Origin: Yuukianura sp. NJ FZ-2021
Lineage: Eukaryota
DNA length: 64,000 bases
Reading direction: 5' to 3'
NCBI GenBank assembly: GCA_046563655.1
Contig: CM102290.1
Location: 4,650,001-4,714,000 of the forward strand
The translations under genes and the position numbers were made by a program. A model generated the notes under the pieces. It was not told the DNA's origin. It saw only the letters and a program-made list of their open reading frames with translations, and ran no database searches. Shown here one piece after another: positions 50,637 to 63,832 of the stretch; position 1 is the first letter of the stretch; each line of letters starts with the position of its first letter.

Positions 50637-53015
50637 CGGGGAAAAACATAAAGTAGCTCATGCTTTCGCTACTTAATAAGTGACCTTGACTGCTTTTCAG
50701 AAGGTGCCCTATTTGAAGACGCTCACTTTCCGTTTCACTTATTGATTCCCGCGACAAAAACAGCCCGGGAATCCGTTAAAAAACCGTGTGAAAGTAAAAA
50801 AGTGGTTTAAAGTTTTTAGTGTAAACACTTCAGACATTCCATTTTTTATTTGTAACTAATTTTTATACACTTAAGTTAAACTATTCATTAATTAGTCAAT
50901 TGTCAATTATTTACAAGTGCCTCGCACACACGGAACCACTTCATACTAAAAGAGGATCTCATCATTTCGTTTTGGATCCTGTGACTCTCGTCCTTCGTTT
51001 TTTATTCATTAACCGTGATCTCATTGGGTATTGTTAACTGTACCGATTACGTTATGAATTTTACTTTAAATTTACACTAGGTAATATCAATTATCCTCAG
51101 TGAATTGAAGCGGTTTTAGCAGATTAGGAATAGAATTTCCTGAGGAATGGTCGGTACTTTGCACTTAAGGACCCTGGGAGTAGGGAAGGACGACATCAAG
51201 AGGCGAGTTTTGGACATATCAAATTTCAACTGATATAACATTTGACTTTACTGTGTTGATTGATGACTTTTAGCGGCCATTTAACTCATAAATACGACGG
51301 TTCAAAACATTCTTCATATCGGGGTTCCTTTGGGGTGAGATAGTGGTGTCAGTAATTTGTTTGTCTTCTGATTCTGGAGTCATTAAACCACTTCTGAAAA
51401 CACTCGGTCGGTGTCAATGTCTTAGTATACTAAGATAAGATGTTGTTGGTAAATACGATACACTATGAATACGATACAATTTTAGTAGTACTGGTCCGAT
51501 CATAGACAGTATTGGGTAGGTTATGATCATTCATGATTTGTAGGTGCAAAATATACAGTTATGGCAATGACAAACTTATAGGAACAATTGAATGAACGAT
51601 GAAAACCGGCAGTGTATTCATTCGACACTTACACCTGTCCACCTAAGATTTTAAAATAACGTCTCCCGAGATGCTGAACCCATTTTGGGAATGTACCATT
51701 TCACTTGTCGTCATGTCGTCCTAGTTTTTGACATTCGTGAAGAGCACTTGAGAATACTGCTTGTTTTTAAAGACACTTGGGAAATTCCTGAAGAGATATA
51801 GCACCAACAAGGTCAAGTGTCTAGGTGTTATTTTGAGCGATCTTTAAGCGCAATTTCATAGGTCACAGGTCAGAGGTGTTGTTCGGTGTAAATAAGAGAT
51901 ATTTGACAGCAAAAGTGAACTGTACTATATCTAAATGCGAAGATTATGTCGGTCTGCCTGTTCCTGTATTCGCAATTTTCTCTGGAAAACTTTGTTGATG
52001 TTAAAGTGTTTGATTGCTGTGAAAAGGAACGAAGGTTACACAATGGGAATTTTAATCTGGGAAAAACGGAACATTTATCGGAACGAGAGTTCCTTTTCCT
52101 CTCAGAATTTGATGTGAAAAGACGTAATAATTGGTTAGATTTTTTGTCAGTAAACCAGAATTTCTTCTCACGGGTTTATACATTTTGCAGTGTTTTTTAT
52201 TCAGCTAAATAATGACATGATTCGTATGCCTGTTGAGTAGACTGGTCTAATCATGAGCTCCGCTCAGTCACTCGTGTGATTTCTGCACTGGAGATAACTG
52301 AACAGGGAACGCTGGCATGCAGTAGGCTGGTGTTAAGTTTTAGGGTGGAGTCGATTCGCAATTAAATTAACACCTAGTAACTTAACCCGATCCACACTTC
52401 TTAATCTTTTAGTGTTACACTTTATCTTTTAGGTGTAAGCGACAAAGTTTCATACCAACTCTTTTTTCAATTTCAGGTAATTGTTCAGTACACTTGATTC
52501 GTAGACACTTTGGATTTGGCATGTTTTGTGGTAGGACGACCTTGGTTCCCCAGTGACACAAACGTTATTGACTGACGACTACTAGTGTCAGGTTCACGTG
52601 TAACTCCTGACTGTAACATGAGATGATGACAACGTTGTCATGCTGTTGATTTAATTCCAGTGATCTTTGAATAAGAGTAGAGTGGGAGTTGTCATACATA
52701 GTTTATCATTTCGTCACTTTGATTTTTACAATCTTTTGTGAAGTTCATACTTGACTTTTTTTTGTCCCAGTCATGGTGCCAATGACTTCACCCGACTATT
52801 TGTAATAAACTAAGACTTTCGGAATTTTGTTTATAAAGCGATCTCACTCTGTCAGTTGTAGTCATTCATAACTTCGGTTGCCATTTCAGTTTGCGAATAG
52901 TTAATAATTGTGACTCTTACGGTTATAATTGTATTTACTGTAAGGTGAATATTTTTGTGTGTTGAGTGCTCCAAATTTTGAATGAATTATTTACAAATTT
53001 AATTATTGTTGTTAG

Positions 53016-55716
53016 GTCAGTTGAGAGCAGACGCTTTAGCCATGCTCAGGAAAGAATTAAAGTGTCCAACAGCCGCTGCTGGAGAGCACTTGGATGAAGT
53101 GCCGCACATTTTTGTCATCTTAGGAGCATCCGTAAGTTCCAAATACTGTGTTTTTGCGTTCTTTGTTTCAGATCAGCTTACACATTTCGGCATAGCTATA
53201 GCTGCAGTCGCATTTTCCTAAAAGCGTTATAATTGAAGTGTAATTGCATTGCAAAACAAGCCATTCATTTAGAAGCGTCCCAAATTCCTTATTGTTTTAT
53301 CAATTTGAAAAGACTCATTTATGTTTGCTCTCATTTTTCATTCATGTGAGCATCCATGAAAGTCCTCTCAATAAGTGGCTGTTTTATCAAAGTAAATAAT
53401 AATTTTACACCGCAACAACCACAGGAAAAGTCTAACTCGATCAAAAACGCGGGTAGGAGCGTCCAATTCCAATGTTTACTTTAAGAGAAAATGGAACAAA
53501 TCCATAACCGTCTCTGTTTACCGCAACCTTGAAACTTTTTGCAACTCGCGTTTATTTTCCACCATTTTTCTTACGCGTCACATTCTACGCCTTTTAATTG
53601 CGTTGACGAAGTGAGTCTGACTGACTATTATCATCGCATGATCATTTCTGCATGTTTTAATTACTAAATCCAATTCAATGAAATTCAATGAAACTCGAAA
53701 TATTCTTTGTTATTCCAGGGTGACTTGGCAAAAAAGAAAATCTACCCAACGATTTGGTGGCTTTATCGTGATGGTCTTCTGCCGTCCTCAACAACGTTCG
53801 TCGGTTATGCTCGCTCAAGTTTGTTGATGCAAGAAGTTCGTAATGCTTGTGACCCGTATATGCAGGTTAGAATTGAAATTAGTACTGTGGGATTAATTAA
53901 ATTTCTGAGTCCATATCTGTTGATACAAATCTAACTCATTACAGGTTCAACCGGATGAAACTGAAGCGTATGAGACTTTTTGGAGTCTCAATGACTACGT
54001 TGCTGGGAACTATGACGTCCGACGTGATTTTGAACTGTTGAATCAAGAACTATGTAAGAAAGAGAAGAACGCTGCTGCTAACCGAATTTTCTACTTGGCT
54101 CTTCCTCCTTCTGTTTTTGAACCGGTTTCATCTAACATTAGGACAACGTGTATGGCCACTAGGTACTTTGTTTTACGAAACACAAAATCATATCCACGAT
54201 CTACTAAATAATTCAACTTCCTTTCCAGAATTCTCATGATTTTTTTTTAAATTTGAATTTCATAGAGGATGGTCTAGAATTATAATTGAGAAACCTTTTG
54301 GAAAAGACACGGACTCTTCGGCTCAATTGAGCAACCATCTTGCGTCACTTTTTCGTGAAGAGCAAATTTATCGTATTGATCACTACCTTGGGAAAGAGAT
54401 GGTTCAAAACTTGATGGCATTGAGGTATACAAATCTCAAAGGAATTTAGGCGTGGATGAGAATTAGAAAATGAAAATTAAATACATAACTCAATGAGCGT
54501 GCTTTTCTTCTTAGATTTGGGAATAGAATATTTGCTCCCACTTGGAATCGTGACAACATTGCTTCAGTGCTCATTTCCTTCAAAGAGCCTTTTGGTACGC
54601 ATGGACGAGGAGGATACTTTGATGAATTTGGAATCATTCGTGATGTCATGCAGAATCACTTGCTCCAAATTCTTTCACTGTTTGCAATGGAGAAACCTGC
54701 GTCAACTAATCCCGATGACATCCGTGATGAAAAGGTACTTTTGTACAGTTATGAACAAAAAACTTGAAGCATTGCTCTTAACTGGTTTATGTATTCTGAA
54801 GGTCAAGGTATTGAAGTGCATGAAACCTCTGGAACTTGAGAATACTGTTCTAGGTCAATATGTTGGGAACCCTGACGGGCGTGGAGAGTCGGTGTACGGC
54901 TACCTGGATGACAAAAGCGTTCCAGCCGGCTCAAAGACTCCAACTTTTGCTACCGCTGTTTGCTGTATCAACAGTGAGCGATGGGATGGAGTTCCATTTA
55001 TTTTACGATGCGGAAAAGGTGCCGAAACGCTTTCAATTTTGTGCCATGTTTGGTAAATTCAATGGAACTGTTAAGGTTACTTTGTTTCATTTTGCCCCAA
55101 CAGCTTTGAATGAGCGAAAGGCTGAAATTCGGATCCAATACCATGACGTTCCTGGTGACATTTTCAACGGGCAGGCCAAACGTAATGAATTGGTTATTCG
55201 TGTGCAACCAGGAGAGGCTGTTTACATTAAAGTAATGACAAAGTCACCAGGGATCAGTTTCACACTCGAAGAGACTGAATTAGACCTTACGTATGGACAT
55301 CGCTACAAGGCAAGCCAAGCATTCGTGATTCTCAAAAAATCCAAAAATAAGCGATGTATTCATTAAAAGTCGTCTTTTCTGTAGGATGTCAAGCTACCTG
55401 ATGCTTATGAGCGCCTTATTTTGGATGTGTTTTGTGGCTCTCAAATGCATTTCGTGAGATCTGATGAACTCGCCGAAGCCTGGAGAATCTTTACGCCTCT
55501 TCTCAAACGTATTGAATCAGAAGATGTAGCTCCAATTCCATACACGTAAATACTTCTTGTTCTTAGCCTTATTATTTCCTGTTCTCCATCAACCTAATTT
55601 CGTTTTGATTTTACAACAGCTATGGATCTCGCGGTCCCCCAGAATCAGATGTGCTGTGTGATCGCAACAACTTTAAGTACTATGGTTCTTACAAATGGAA
55701 CCATTCTAAAGTTTAA
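53016..55716 (+). CDS. G6PD: Glucose-6-phosphate 1-dehydrogenase; start codon uncertain (ATG at 53042 or an upstream exon)
   Basis: [20 protein letters not shown] (NADP fingerprint), [16 protein letters not shown] catalytic peptide, [34 protein letters not shown]. Stop TAA at 55714-55716. Confidence 0.98.
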
Positions 55717-56438
55717 TTAACCTAGCATTATTCCGCTCTTAACTTTCAAAATTTCAAGATCTTTCCAACTCGTTTTTTTTTGTTTTTGTATCGCCGGTTT
55801 ACTCTACATGATCATATCAGATGGTGCTCATGGATTTAGAAACCCAGTAAGAAATAGAGTCTATTATTGTGCTGTAACAAGTAACATTTATCAGATTCCT
55901 ATATAATACTCAAAAATCCAGAAGATGATGTGATTGGCTAAGAGCATTCTAAAATTAGTAGTTGTAAAAGTAATCGTAATCTGTGTAGACCAATTAGTTC
56001 CTCTATTAATTAGAATTAGGATTATTGCGGCAAAGTATTCTTTGAGTCAAATCTACACTATTTTAACGACCTATAAGAAAGTCATTTCAACTTTACAAAA
56101 AAATGAATAAAGGGATTAAACTGATCGTTATTATAAACGTTTTTAGTAATTAGTTAATGAATTAGCAAGTATTAACTTGATAAACATTTCTGCTTTTTCT
56201 TTTCGCGATGCCCATCTATGCTGCTATTTTTTGTTGAGATTGGTTGCGAGTAACTTTTTGACGAACCAGATGAAAACAAAGTTTATTAGAAAAAAATTGT
56301 GAGGCCTCTTTTGAGTGCGTTGACCTCTGCCCTGATCTTCGTTCTTAATTTTGGTTTTTTCAAACTGAAAGGTCAACGTAGGTCAGCACTACGTAGGTCA
56401 GCACTCAAGTATCTGTTAATTAATTGGCAATCGACAGG

Positions 56439-57418
56439 ATGAGCGATCCATTCCGCAATAAAGTAGAACAGTACTCACCAAAATCACCGCGTGGGTCAAG
56501 GTCACCAGTTATTCCAAGACAAGACTCCACGGGAACACTAAAGGCTACAATTTCTCTTGGAAAAAATCCATCAATCGTTCACACTGGCCCATTCTACCTC
56601 ATCAAAGAACCTCCAAGTAAGGTCATCACGGCTAGTGATTAGTTATCGATAGCATATTTCAATTATAAGACATTAGTCGCTTGACGCATTGACTGTTTGG
56701 GTAAGTTACTCGATTAATCGTTCCCTTGTTCTCTTCTTATCCTAGATGAAAGTGAATTGACAGGAGCTACAAACCTAATGGCCCATTATGGACTTGAACA
56801 CGCCTATAACAAATCAAATGGTAGGAAAATAAAAGATACCCTTTCATCGTTTCTGCCTCATCTTCCAGGAAATATTGATACTCCCGCAACCATGGACGGA
56901 AGGTGAGTTTCTTAATGAAAAGTGTTCCAAATGTTCTGTTAATTTACATAAAGAGATGTGGCTCTTTGTAGCGGTTTACGAATGGTGATTGAAAAGCCAC
57001 CCATAAGCGGTAAAGAACTCATGCAGTTGAGCGGTTTTCAACTAACCGGTTTCCGGTTACACATTGGACCGGTAAGTTATTAGATGTTAGACAGCCCACC
57101 GGTTGTGATGAAAAATGGACTGGATGCAGTAATTTCTAAAACAAAAATGATTTTCAGTTGCCGGATACCATTCGAAATTCCATTTACAATACTCCTTCTA
57201 AGAAAAAGAAGAAGAAGAAAACCAAAAAGAGAGAAACCGAAGAAATTCCTCACTCGGAAGCCAGTGCTACTGAACTTTTGAGTGCAACTGGAGAAAAGAA
57301 GCATAAAAAACAAAAGCGACATGAAGACGATAAGGAACGGAAAAAGCGTAAAAAGGAGAAGAAAAAGAAGAAGCAGCGCCATAGTCCAGAACAAAATCCA
57401 GCGGATCCTAGCCGATAA
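56439..57418 (+). CDS. MED19: Mediator of RNA polymerase II transcription subunit 19; 4 exons
   Basis: GPFYLIKEPP|NESELTGATNLMAHYGLEHAYNK..LSSFLPHLPGNIDTP; IEKPPISGKEL..LTGFRLHIGP|LPD; Lys-rich tail KKRKKEKKKKKQRHSPE. Confidence 0.93.
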
Positions 57419-57929
57419 TAGAAATTCTTACTCCATCCAGGTCTAACGAATAATCAGTCAACTCTCCAGTATTTCAGGAAAGAAGGAGCCCATGTGTCAT
57501 TGTGGAAATTGTATACTATAAAACAAAACTGTCATTTTAAACTTACTACCTATATTGGTGTATAAACTTACCACGCATACCATGCATTCATTTTAAAAGT
57601 ACATTAGTAAAGTCACTGCAATTTGTCAAACCGTTGTCTAATTTTTTCTTATCGTCAATTCTACAAAGGTGAATTTTTCTTGCATGTTTCAGATCGCGCA
57701 CTAATATTTCAGCATGGATAGGAGTTCTCAACAATATGGACTGACATCCGCCACCGCAACCCGTGTGTTTTCAATCTAGTTGCTATGACAACGAAACTTC
57801 AAACTATCAACAACGGTGCATCACAACATTCATTTGGTATGGAAAAAGTTTACTTAGAAAAGAAATGCATTTTTTAGTAGATTCCGTGATTATTGTTGAA
57901 CTCTGAAATCGCTTTTATAAGTTTTCAAA

Positions 57930-58838
57930 ATGGTTTCATTTGTGTCAATTTTTTTGACAGTGGGAATTGTGTCACTTTCATGTAATGTAATCGTCCATGG
58001 GCTTAAAGATGTCAAATCCTCGGAATTCGGCGATAGAATTGCCAACCACTTGAATTCTGCGAGCTCTTCCATGGATTCGGCAGTGACGAAGCGTCCTACA
58101 GCAAATATCAAGCATTTGGACCTCATTCCGGGAGTGATTCTTCCTAAATGCCCTTGCGAAAATGAAAATGATTTGTGCCGTGACTATGAATACTGCTACT
58201 GCCACATGGTAAGCTTAATATTAAGTTAAAAAAAGTCCAATTTAAACTTGTTGTACATCTCTTTAGGGATATCCAAGTCCAAGGAGTTTCGTTACTGGAG
58301 AGCCATTTCTGAAATCATACTTGGAGCAGTGTGCCCGAGGATCTACCAACAAATCAAGCAATCCTAGCCTCGGCAGCTTGTCTGCTCCAGATAGATCACA
58401 AGCTCTATTTCCGTTTCTCAATTGGGATTGTCAAGATCACCTTTATCTACACAGTCCTAGAAATTTTTATCCATACTTGTGCGTCGAGAGCAAAAGGTTA
58501 CCAGTAATTGGAAGCTTTTATGAAGTCCGGACATCTCGAATCCACGAACTGCAACGATCATTTTTACGCAACTCTATACAAAATCGTATCAAGAGAAAGT
58601 ACTCCTGGAAGGACCAATCCAACTATCACGCGCACTCTTCATCGAAAACGTACGTGATTCGACTGCTAACTTTCACTCTTTCTTTCAATTTGGCTTAATA
58701 TTGGTCGTTATCCTTTAAATGCTTTAAATCACGCTTTTGAATTTCAGAGCTTTGGAGTCCAGTCATGTGCCAAGAATTCAGTTTTCGCAACGAATTGAAA
58801 TGGACAATGGCGACTCCTTTGTCATCTCAGGTCAGTAA
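57930..58838 (+). CDS. Uncharacterised secreted protein with a Cys cluster; 3 exons
   Basis: Hydrophobic N-terminus MVSFVSIFLTVGIVSLSCNVIVHG; CPCENENDLCRDYEYCYCHM|GYP; phase-consistent introns at 58209-58266 and ~58650-58747. Confidence 0.6.
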
Positions 58839-59118
58839 ACTTATTTCTGTTTTCACCAATAATCAAACTGTCTATTTGAGGTAAAACAACAACTTCACAT
58901 TAACACACCAATTGACAATTTTATTTTGTGAAGACAATGGACATGACGCTTAGCACAAAGACATTTAGGGTGATACTTGACACAAGCAGTAGAGGTACAT
59001 TGATGATATGAATCCGTTAGTCACATAATTAGAGAATCGAAGAGATGAATTGTTGCAGTTTTGATTTGTACACCACAAGGGAGGTCAATCGTTGAGAGAG
59101 CATAATGTCAAAGGTCAT

Positions 59119-59242
59119 GGCTACCTAGCATCCTCGTACGCCACAAGATTAGCCTCACACAACGACCTGATTTAAGGAATACGCCCTTAGTATCAAAAAT
59201 AGACAAATGGAAAGGCTCCTCTTGCTCGGATGCTAGGTACCC
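59119..59242. mobile_element. Small MITE-like inverted repeat
   Basis: ggctacctagcatcc ... ggatgctaggtaccc (14 of 15 positions match). Confidence 0.45.
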
Positions 59243-59982
59243 TTAACACGAAATCCTGCTTTAGTTACATTTTTACTTAAATAGTTATAACAACCAGTAG
59301 CATTAAACATTGCTCTAACATTTAGCACCCTTACCTCACACCTATCCAAAAAATTTAGAACAGTGAAAGCCACACTTGACTTCAAATAGTTGTAAAATTG
59401 AAACTAAATGATAACTAACGCCATCCAAAATGATTCCTTAGCATTTACAGCATTTAGCTGAGCGTGCATGCTGTAGAGTGGCGAAGGAGATGGATTAGCA
59501 GCATAATATTAATTTTTTTTTACATTTTTCATTTTTTTCAAAATTTGGTTTCATTTGAACAAGATTTAACAAGATATGAGATTAGAATTTAATCTGAAAT
59601 GAAAATCCTGAAGAGTCTAGATTTTGCTCACATCAGACTGATATGTAGTGATTGACATTGACTTGTTGACACTGGAGAGGCAAGAGTTGCACCTCTATTG
59701 AGGACTTCTTTAACCTTAAGTACTTTACAATCTAATGTTACTTCACAAATGGCTAAAAATGATGTGCCTTTTTGCTTACTCTCTAAATTTTAGACTACAT
59801 TTTACATTTACTAAACCTTAACCTTCTTTTCACCCGTCAACTAAAAGTTTACAGTTTTTCTTCTAATTTCGAAGCCCTTGCAATTTCGGAAGCTAAATTT
59901 TTCGGGTCAGTTTAAAATGAGGTTCTGTAAATTAAACTATTTTAACGGAGATACAGAAATTAACTGAAGTTGAATGTTGAAT

Positions 59983-62900
59983 TCACTGAAATAGAAAGTG
60001 GAGAGTCCGAATTCCAGGCAGAACCACCAGAAGGACGCTGGAGAAAGTTGTTAGAATTCCTTGGTTGATGGAAGTTTCTGAAGGACAGTACAGTCGGTCC
60101 AAAGGAGCCTAAAAAGTTTTCCAAATTCAAATTTTCAAAAACGAATCAAAACTTTTGTGAAATTGGTAATTTTCATTATACACCACTCAATGTCCCCTTT
60201 GTGGTGGGTTATGTGTGACAAGCGTTGCAGTAAACAAATTCTTTGATCTCACAGGACATGCTAAAATCAAAACTGACAGGCAATGCCAAAAATGACATCA
60301 CGTCTGAGATATTTTCAATGCCAAATAGGAGTTGATATTTTTGTGTGTCTGGTTCCATGCCATTGGTTCAAAGGCGATTGGTTCAAAAGCAATTGGTTCA
60401 AAAACTAACATAAAAAACAGGTTGCAGATACCTAACTAACCTAACTTAGCACCACTACGGGGAATTTAATAACTTACAATTAGCCTAACACCACGCCTTC
60501 GGCGCGGGTAGATAAAACAAGATTTTGTACTAATAAATATAGTTGATTAGTTTTTGAATCAATTTGCCTGTTGAACCAATTGGTCCCTGGAACCAATTAG
60601 TTTGGTTTTGAACCTTTTCATTTGAACCAATTATATTTGAACCCACTCATTTGAAACGATGACCTGCTGACTTTTTTTTATGTAAAAACCACTAAAACAA
60701 AAGTAGGTTTTAAGTAACATGAAAGTGGAAATGGAAATATGGTTTTCTATTGTTTCGGGCCTTTAAAATTTGAGACGTTCTGTTTAACATGATTGTTAGA
60801 ATTGAAAGTATGTTTAGATGAATAGTCAATGTCAAACGCTTAAAGTTTGTCATATTTTCTTCTAGAGAGTATGTCCGTTGATTAACATTTTTAATTGAGG
60901 AGTTGCCTTTTATCGTTGTGTTTATGCAAAAAAAAATTCGAGTTAGAAGTAATATTTGCACTTTCGAAAAAATGTTCGCTGTGCAAAATATTTAGAAAAG
61001 TTTGAGATTTTTTGTTGTTTGGAAACTTGGAATTCATTTTCATTTAATGATGTGGATTTTGTCTATTATGAGTTTCGAATAACTCGGCATAGTGCAGCCC
61101 ATGCAATGGTTTGTTAGGTGTTCTTCAACGTTTCCTTTCATCTTCTCACTTTCTCTTTCATCCCATTAAATGATAGGTGTGGATTAAATTAAAAGAAAAC
61201 AATAAGGTCTTTGTCATCGTGAATGTATGTTGAGGTGTCCTAATCAATAAATGTGTACAGCAGCTTAGGAAGTTCTGCTCGAATTTCTAAACAACCATCT
61301 TCACATATATGTAGCAAAAATTGGTATAAATTCGAGATTTTGAAATTTAACCAGGCTCAAAGAAAACGGGAGACGCCTGTGGGTGAAACACAAAACTTTA
61401 AAAAAGGTTTCAAAATGGTTGTTAAAAAGTTGGGGGAAAGTCCGTTTTTCTTTTTATACGTAGCTTCATTTGGAAAATATTTTTTCGAAATAGCAGAAGT
61501 TTTAGTCCGCTTTGACGCAAAACTTTCACCAAGACAGTAGTACTTTAGTTCTAAAAATTGATATTAGATTGAACTCAGGTCGGACCAACTTCCCAAGCGT
61601 ATACTGTTCTATTTTTATCAAAATTCTGAAAAAAGACATGAAAAATGATAGTTTACCTGCATGACCATGTACTCGTGTCTGTCTTTCTCTGACCAGCACT
61701 TGGTTTTGAGGATAAGTGGCCTAGCCTCACTCACGTAGTTATTCGTCTCTCGTTCTGCTTTCACCAACCAGTGTCTGTACCAAAGCAAGTCACAGTCGCA
61801 TTGCAGTTGATTTCCTACAAAACAAAACATTCAAACAATTTTAAAGGAAAAATTTCTATATTAGGTTTAAATTTATGATTATTTGAAATCATGGCTTGAC
61901 CATGCAAAATATGTCCTGCTACAATCATTTTGTCTAGGTCTGTATTGAGTGAATTAATTTTGAGCTATTGTTTTTGAGGTAATAAATTTCGAGATGTGAA
62001 CCATGTCATTTCAATCTCCTACAGAGACAATATTGTGTATAAATCTGGTTGAACTCTTTAGAAGTGCAATGTCGAGGCTTGGATTGCTTGCAGGTTTCTC
62101 TGCTCTGATTAATCGTTTTCATTAAATATGAGAGCCGGAGTTAAAGTATGCAGTGTTTTGCTGTGGTTTTCTCTGAGGTGTAAATCAATAAGGCATGTGT
62201 TGGTCTTAGTGAAAGTTTTTATTACTAAAAGGAGAAAGGTGGTCCACTTTGAAATGGAATTGCAACACATGCTGTGTTCACATAGTAATTCGGCCTTTCA
62301 AGCTCCTACACTTCCAATGTTAGGTTGGGTTTCTGCTTGCTTTAGGAGTGGAATGTGTCTTTTGTTCAAGTGAAAGTCAATTAATTCGTGGCCTCTCTCT
62401 ATTGTTTTTGTGCAGAAAGGGAAGAGATTGTGGTGTAGTTAATGAATAAAGTTGAGTTACCGTGAACGTCAATGACAGCTTTGGTTTCAGTTATGGACTG
62501 GAACGCCTGGGGCGGAAGATGTCGAATTCTATTGTTGCTTAATTTAATTGCTTCCAGGGAGTGCATCTCAGAGAAGATTGACAATGGAATCGATTCGATC
62601 CTGCACAGTTGTCAGTATTGTGTTTTTAAAAGCTTTGAAATTATAAAATAACATTTTCTGAGTATTTTCTTGTGATTTACATATTGTTTTCCAAGGAGAG
62701 ATACTTGAGGGTATTTCCAAACCCGCGAAATGAATTGTCTTTCAGTTCAGTGATGTTGTTTGCCTTCATATCAAATTCTCGAAGGCGATGCATCGGTTCG
62801 AGTGCAACTGATGGGATTTCATGGACACTGTTGTTGCCAAGTTTGAGCCATTCCAGTCGTTCTGAAATCAATTTTTAAAAAATCTTACAAAATTAAGTTC

Positions 62901-63832
62901 CATTGGCCGTTTGCAATTTCTTGTTTTCATCTTCTATAATACGTTTCCACTTTATATCTATTTTTGTATGATTCTGAAGAGTGTTACCCTCGAGGCCAAG
63001 AAAGGCTTTGCTGTCAATTCTTGCAATTCGATTGGATTCCAAGTCAAGGGAACTCATACGCGGAAGTGCCTTGAACACGTTTTGTCCCAATTCACTGATC
63101 ATGTTTTGACCCAATTTCAAACTGTCCAAATTCGACAGACCTAAGTGGACAGACAATAATTTTGTTATACCCAAATATTGAAAAAGATTGAGTGAATTAG
63201 TGTCAAAGTTCATTGATTCTTTTTTGTACAAGCCAAGTTAGGTTTCTGGAAAAGGAAAATGACAACTGAGAAAATTTTACCAAAAAAATCCGATTCCTTG
63301 ATAGACTCAATTTTATTTTTCTCCAGCTCCAGTGTAATCAAATTCTGAAGTCTGGAAATTGCCTGAGTCGGAACTGCGTTGAGCCTGTTGCCGCCCAAAT
63401 TGAGATAGATGAGTTCTCTAAACACGTTGGAAAGACATTTCTGAAAAACGTGTTCTTAAGTATGCTTAAGTAAAAAAGTCACTTTGTACAGTTGGATTTG
63501 CTTGTGGTTGCAGTTCTCAAAAAAGAATGTTACCTTTCCACTCCCTCAAAGGCATTGTTTTCAATTTGTTGAATTCGATTTCCATAGAGTGAGAGACGTT
63601 GAAGATGTGTCATGCCAAAGAATGCTTTTCCAAGTATCGTTGCAATGCTGTTATGCTGAATGTTGACATTTCTCGTGCTGTGAAGATGAGAAAGAGCTTT
63701 GGTTGGAATGTCCTTGAGTCGATTCTGGGGTAAATCCAATATGTCCAACTTCCCAGCAACTGCTGTTAGTGACGCTTCATCTAAAACGGCTAGATCTGTG
63801 TTCGTAACGAACAAATGTCGGATATCCATACC
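59983..63832 (-). CDS. Extracellular LRR protein, probably GPI-anchored; 5' end lies beyond or upstream of this span
   Basis: Several LRR exons (LDILDLPQNRL, LSLYGNRI, LNLGGNRL, LKLGNNSV); LRRCT GNQLQCDCDLLWY...TKCW; last exon 60108-59983 APLDRLYCPSETSINQGILTTFSSVLLVVLPGIRTLHFLFQ* with a hydrophobic tail. Confidence 0.85.
60356..60666. mobile_element. Foldback-like element with modular TIRs, in the last intron of the LRR gene
   Basis: Left arm has 3 copies of attggttcaaa; right arm has several ttgaaccaatt variants; inner aattggttcaaaaactaa/ttagtttttgaatcaatt; core has aacctaac motifs. Confidence 0.7.

Larger units (their letters stand above)
49203..50679 (-). mobile_element. Non-autonomous Helentron-associated (DINE-1/HINE-like) element
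   Basis: 12-bp subterminal inverted repeats aagtagcgaaag (49229-49240) and ctttcgctactt (50663-50674); short partial IR aagtagc at 50651; adjacent GTCY microsatellite (50587-50636); central tandem repeats; T-rich ends on the minus strand. Confidence 0.75.
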
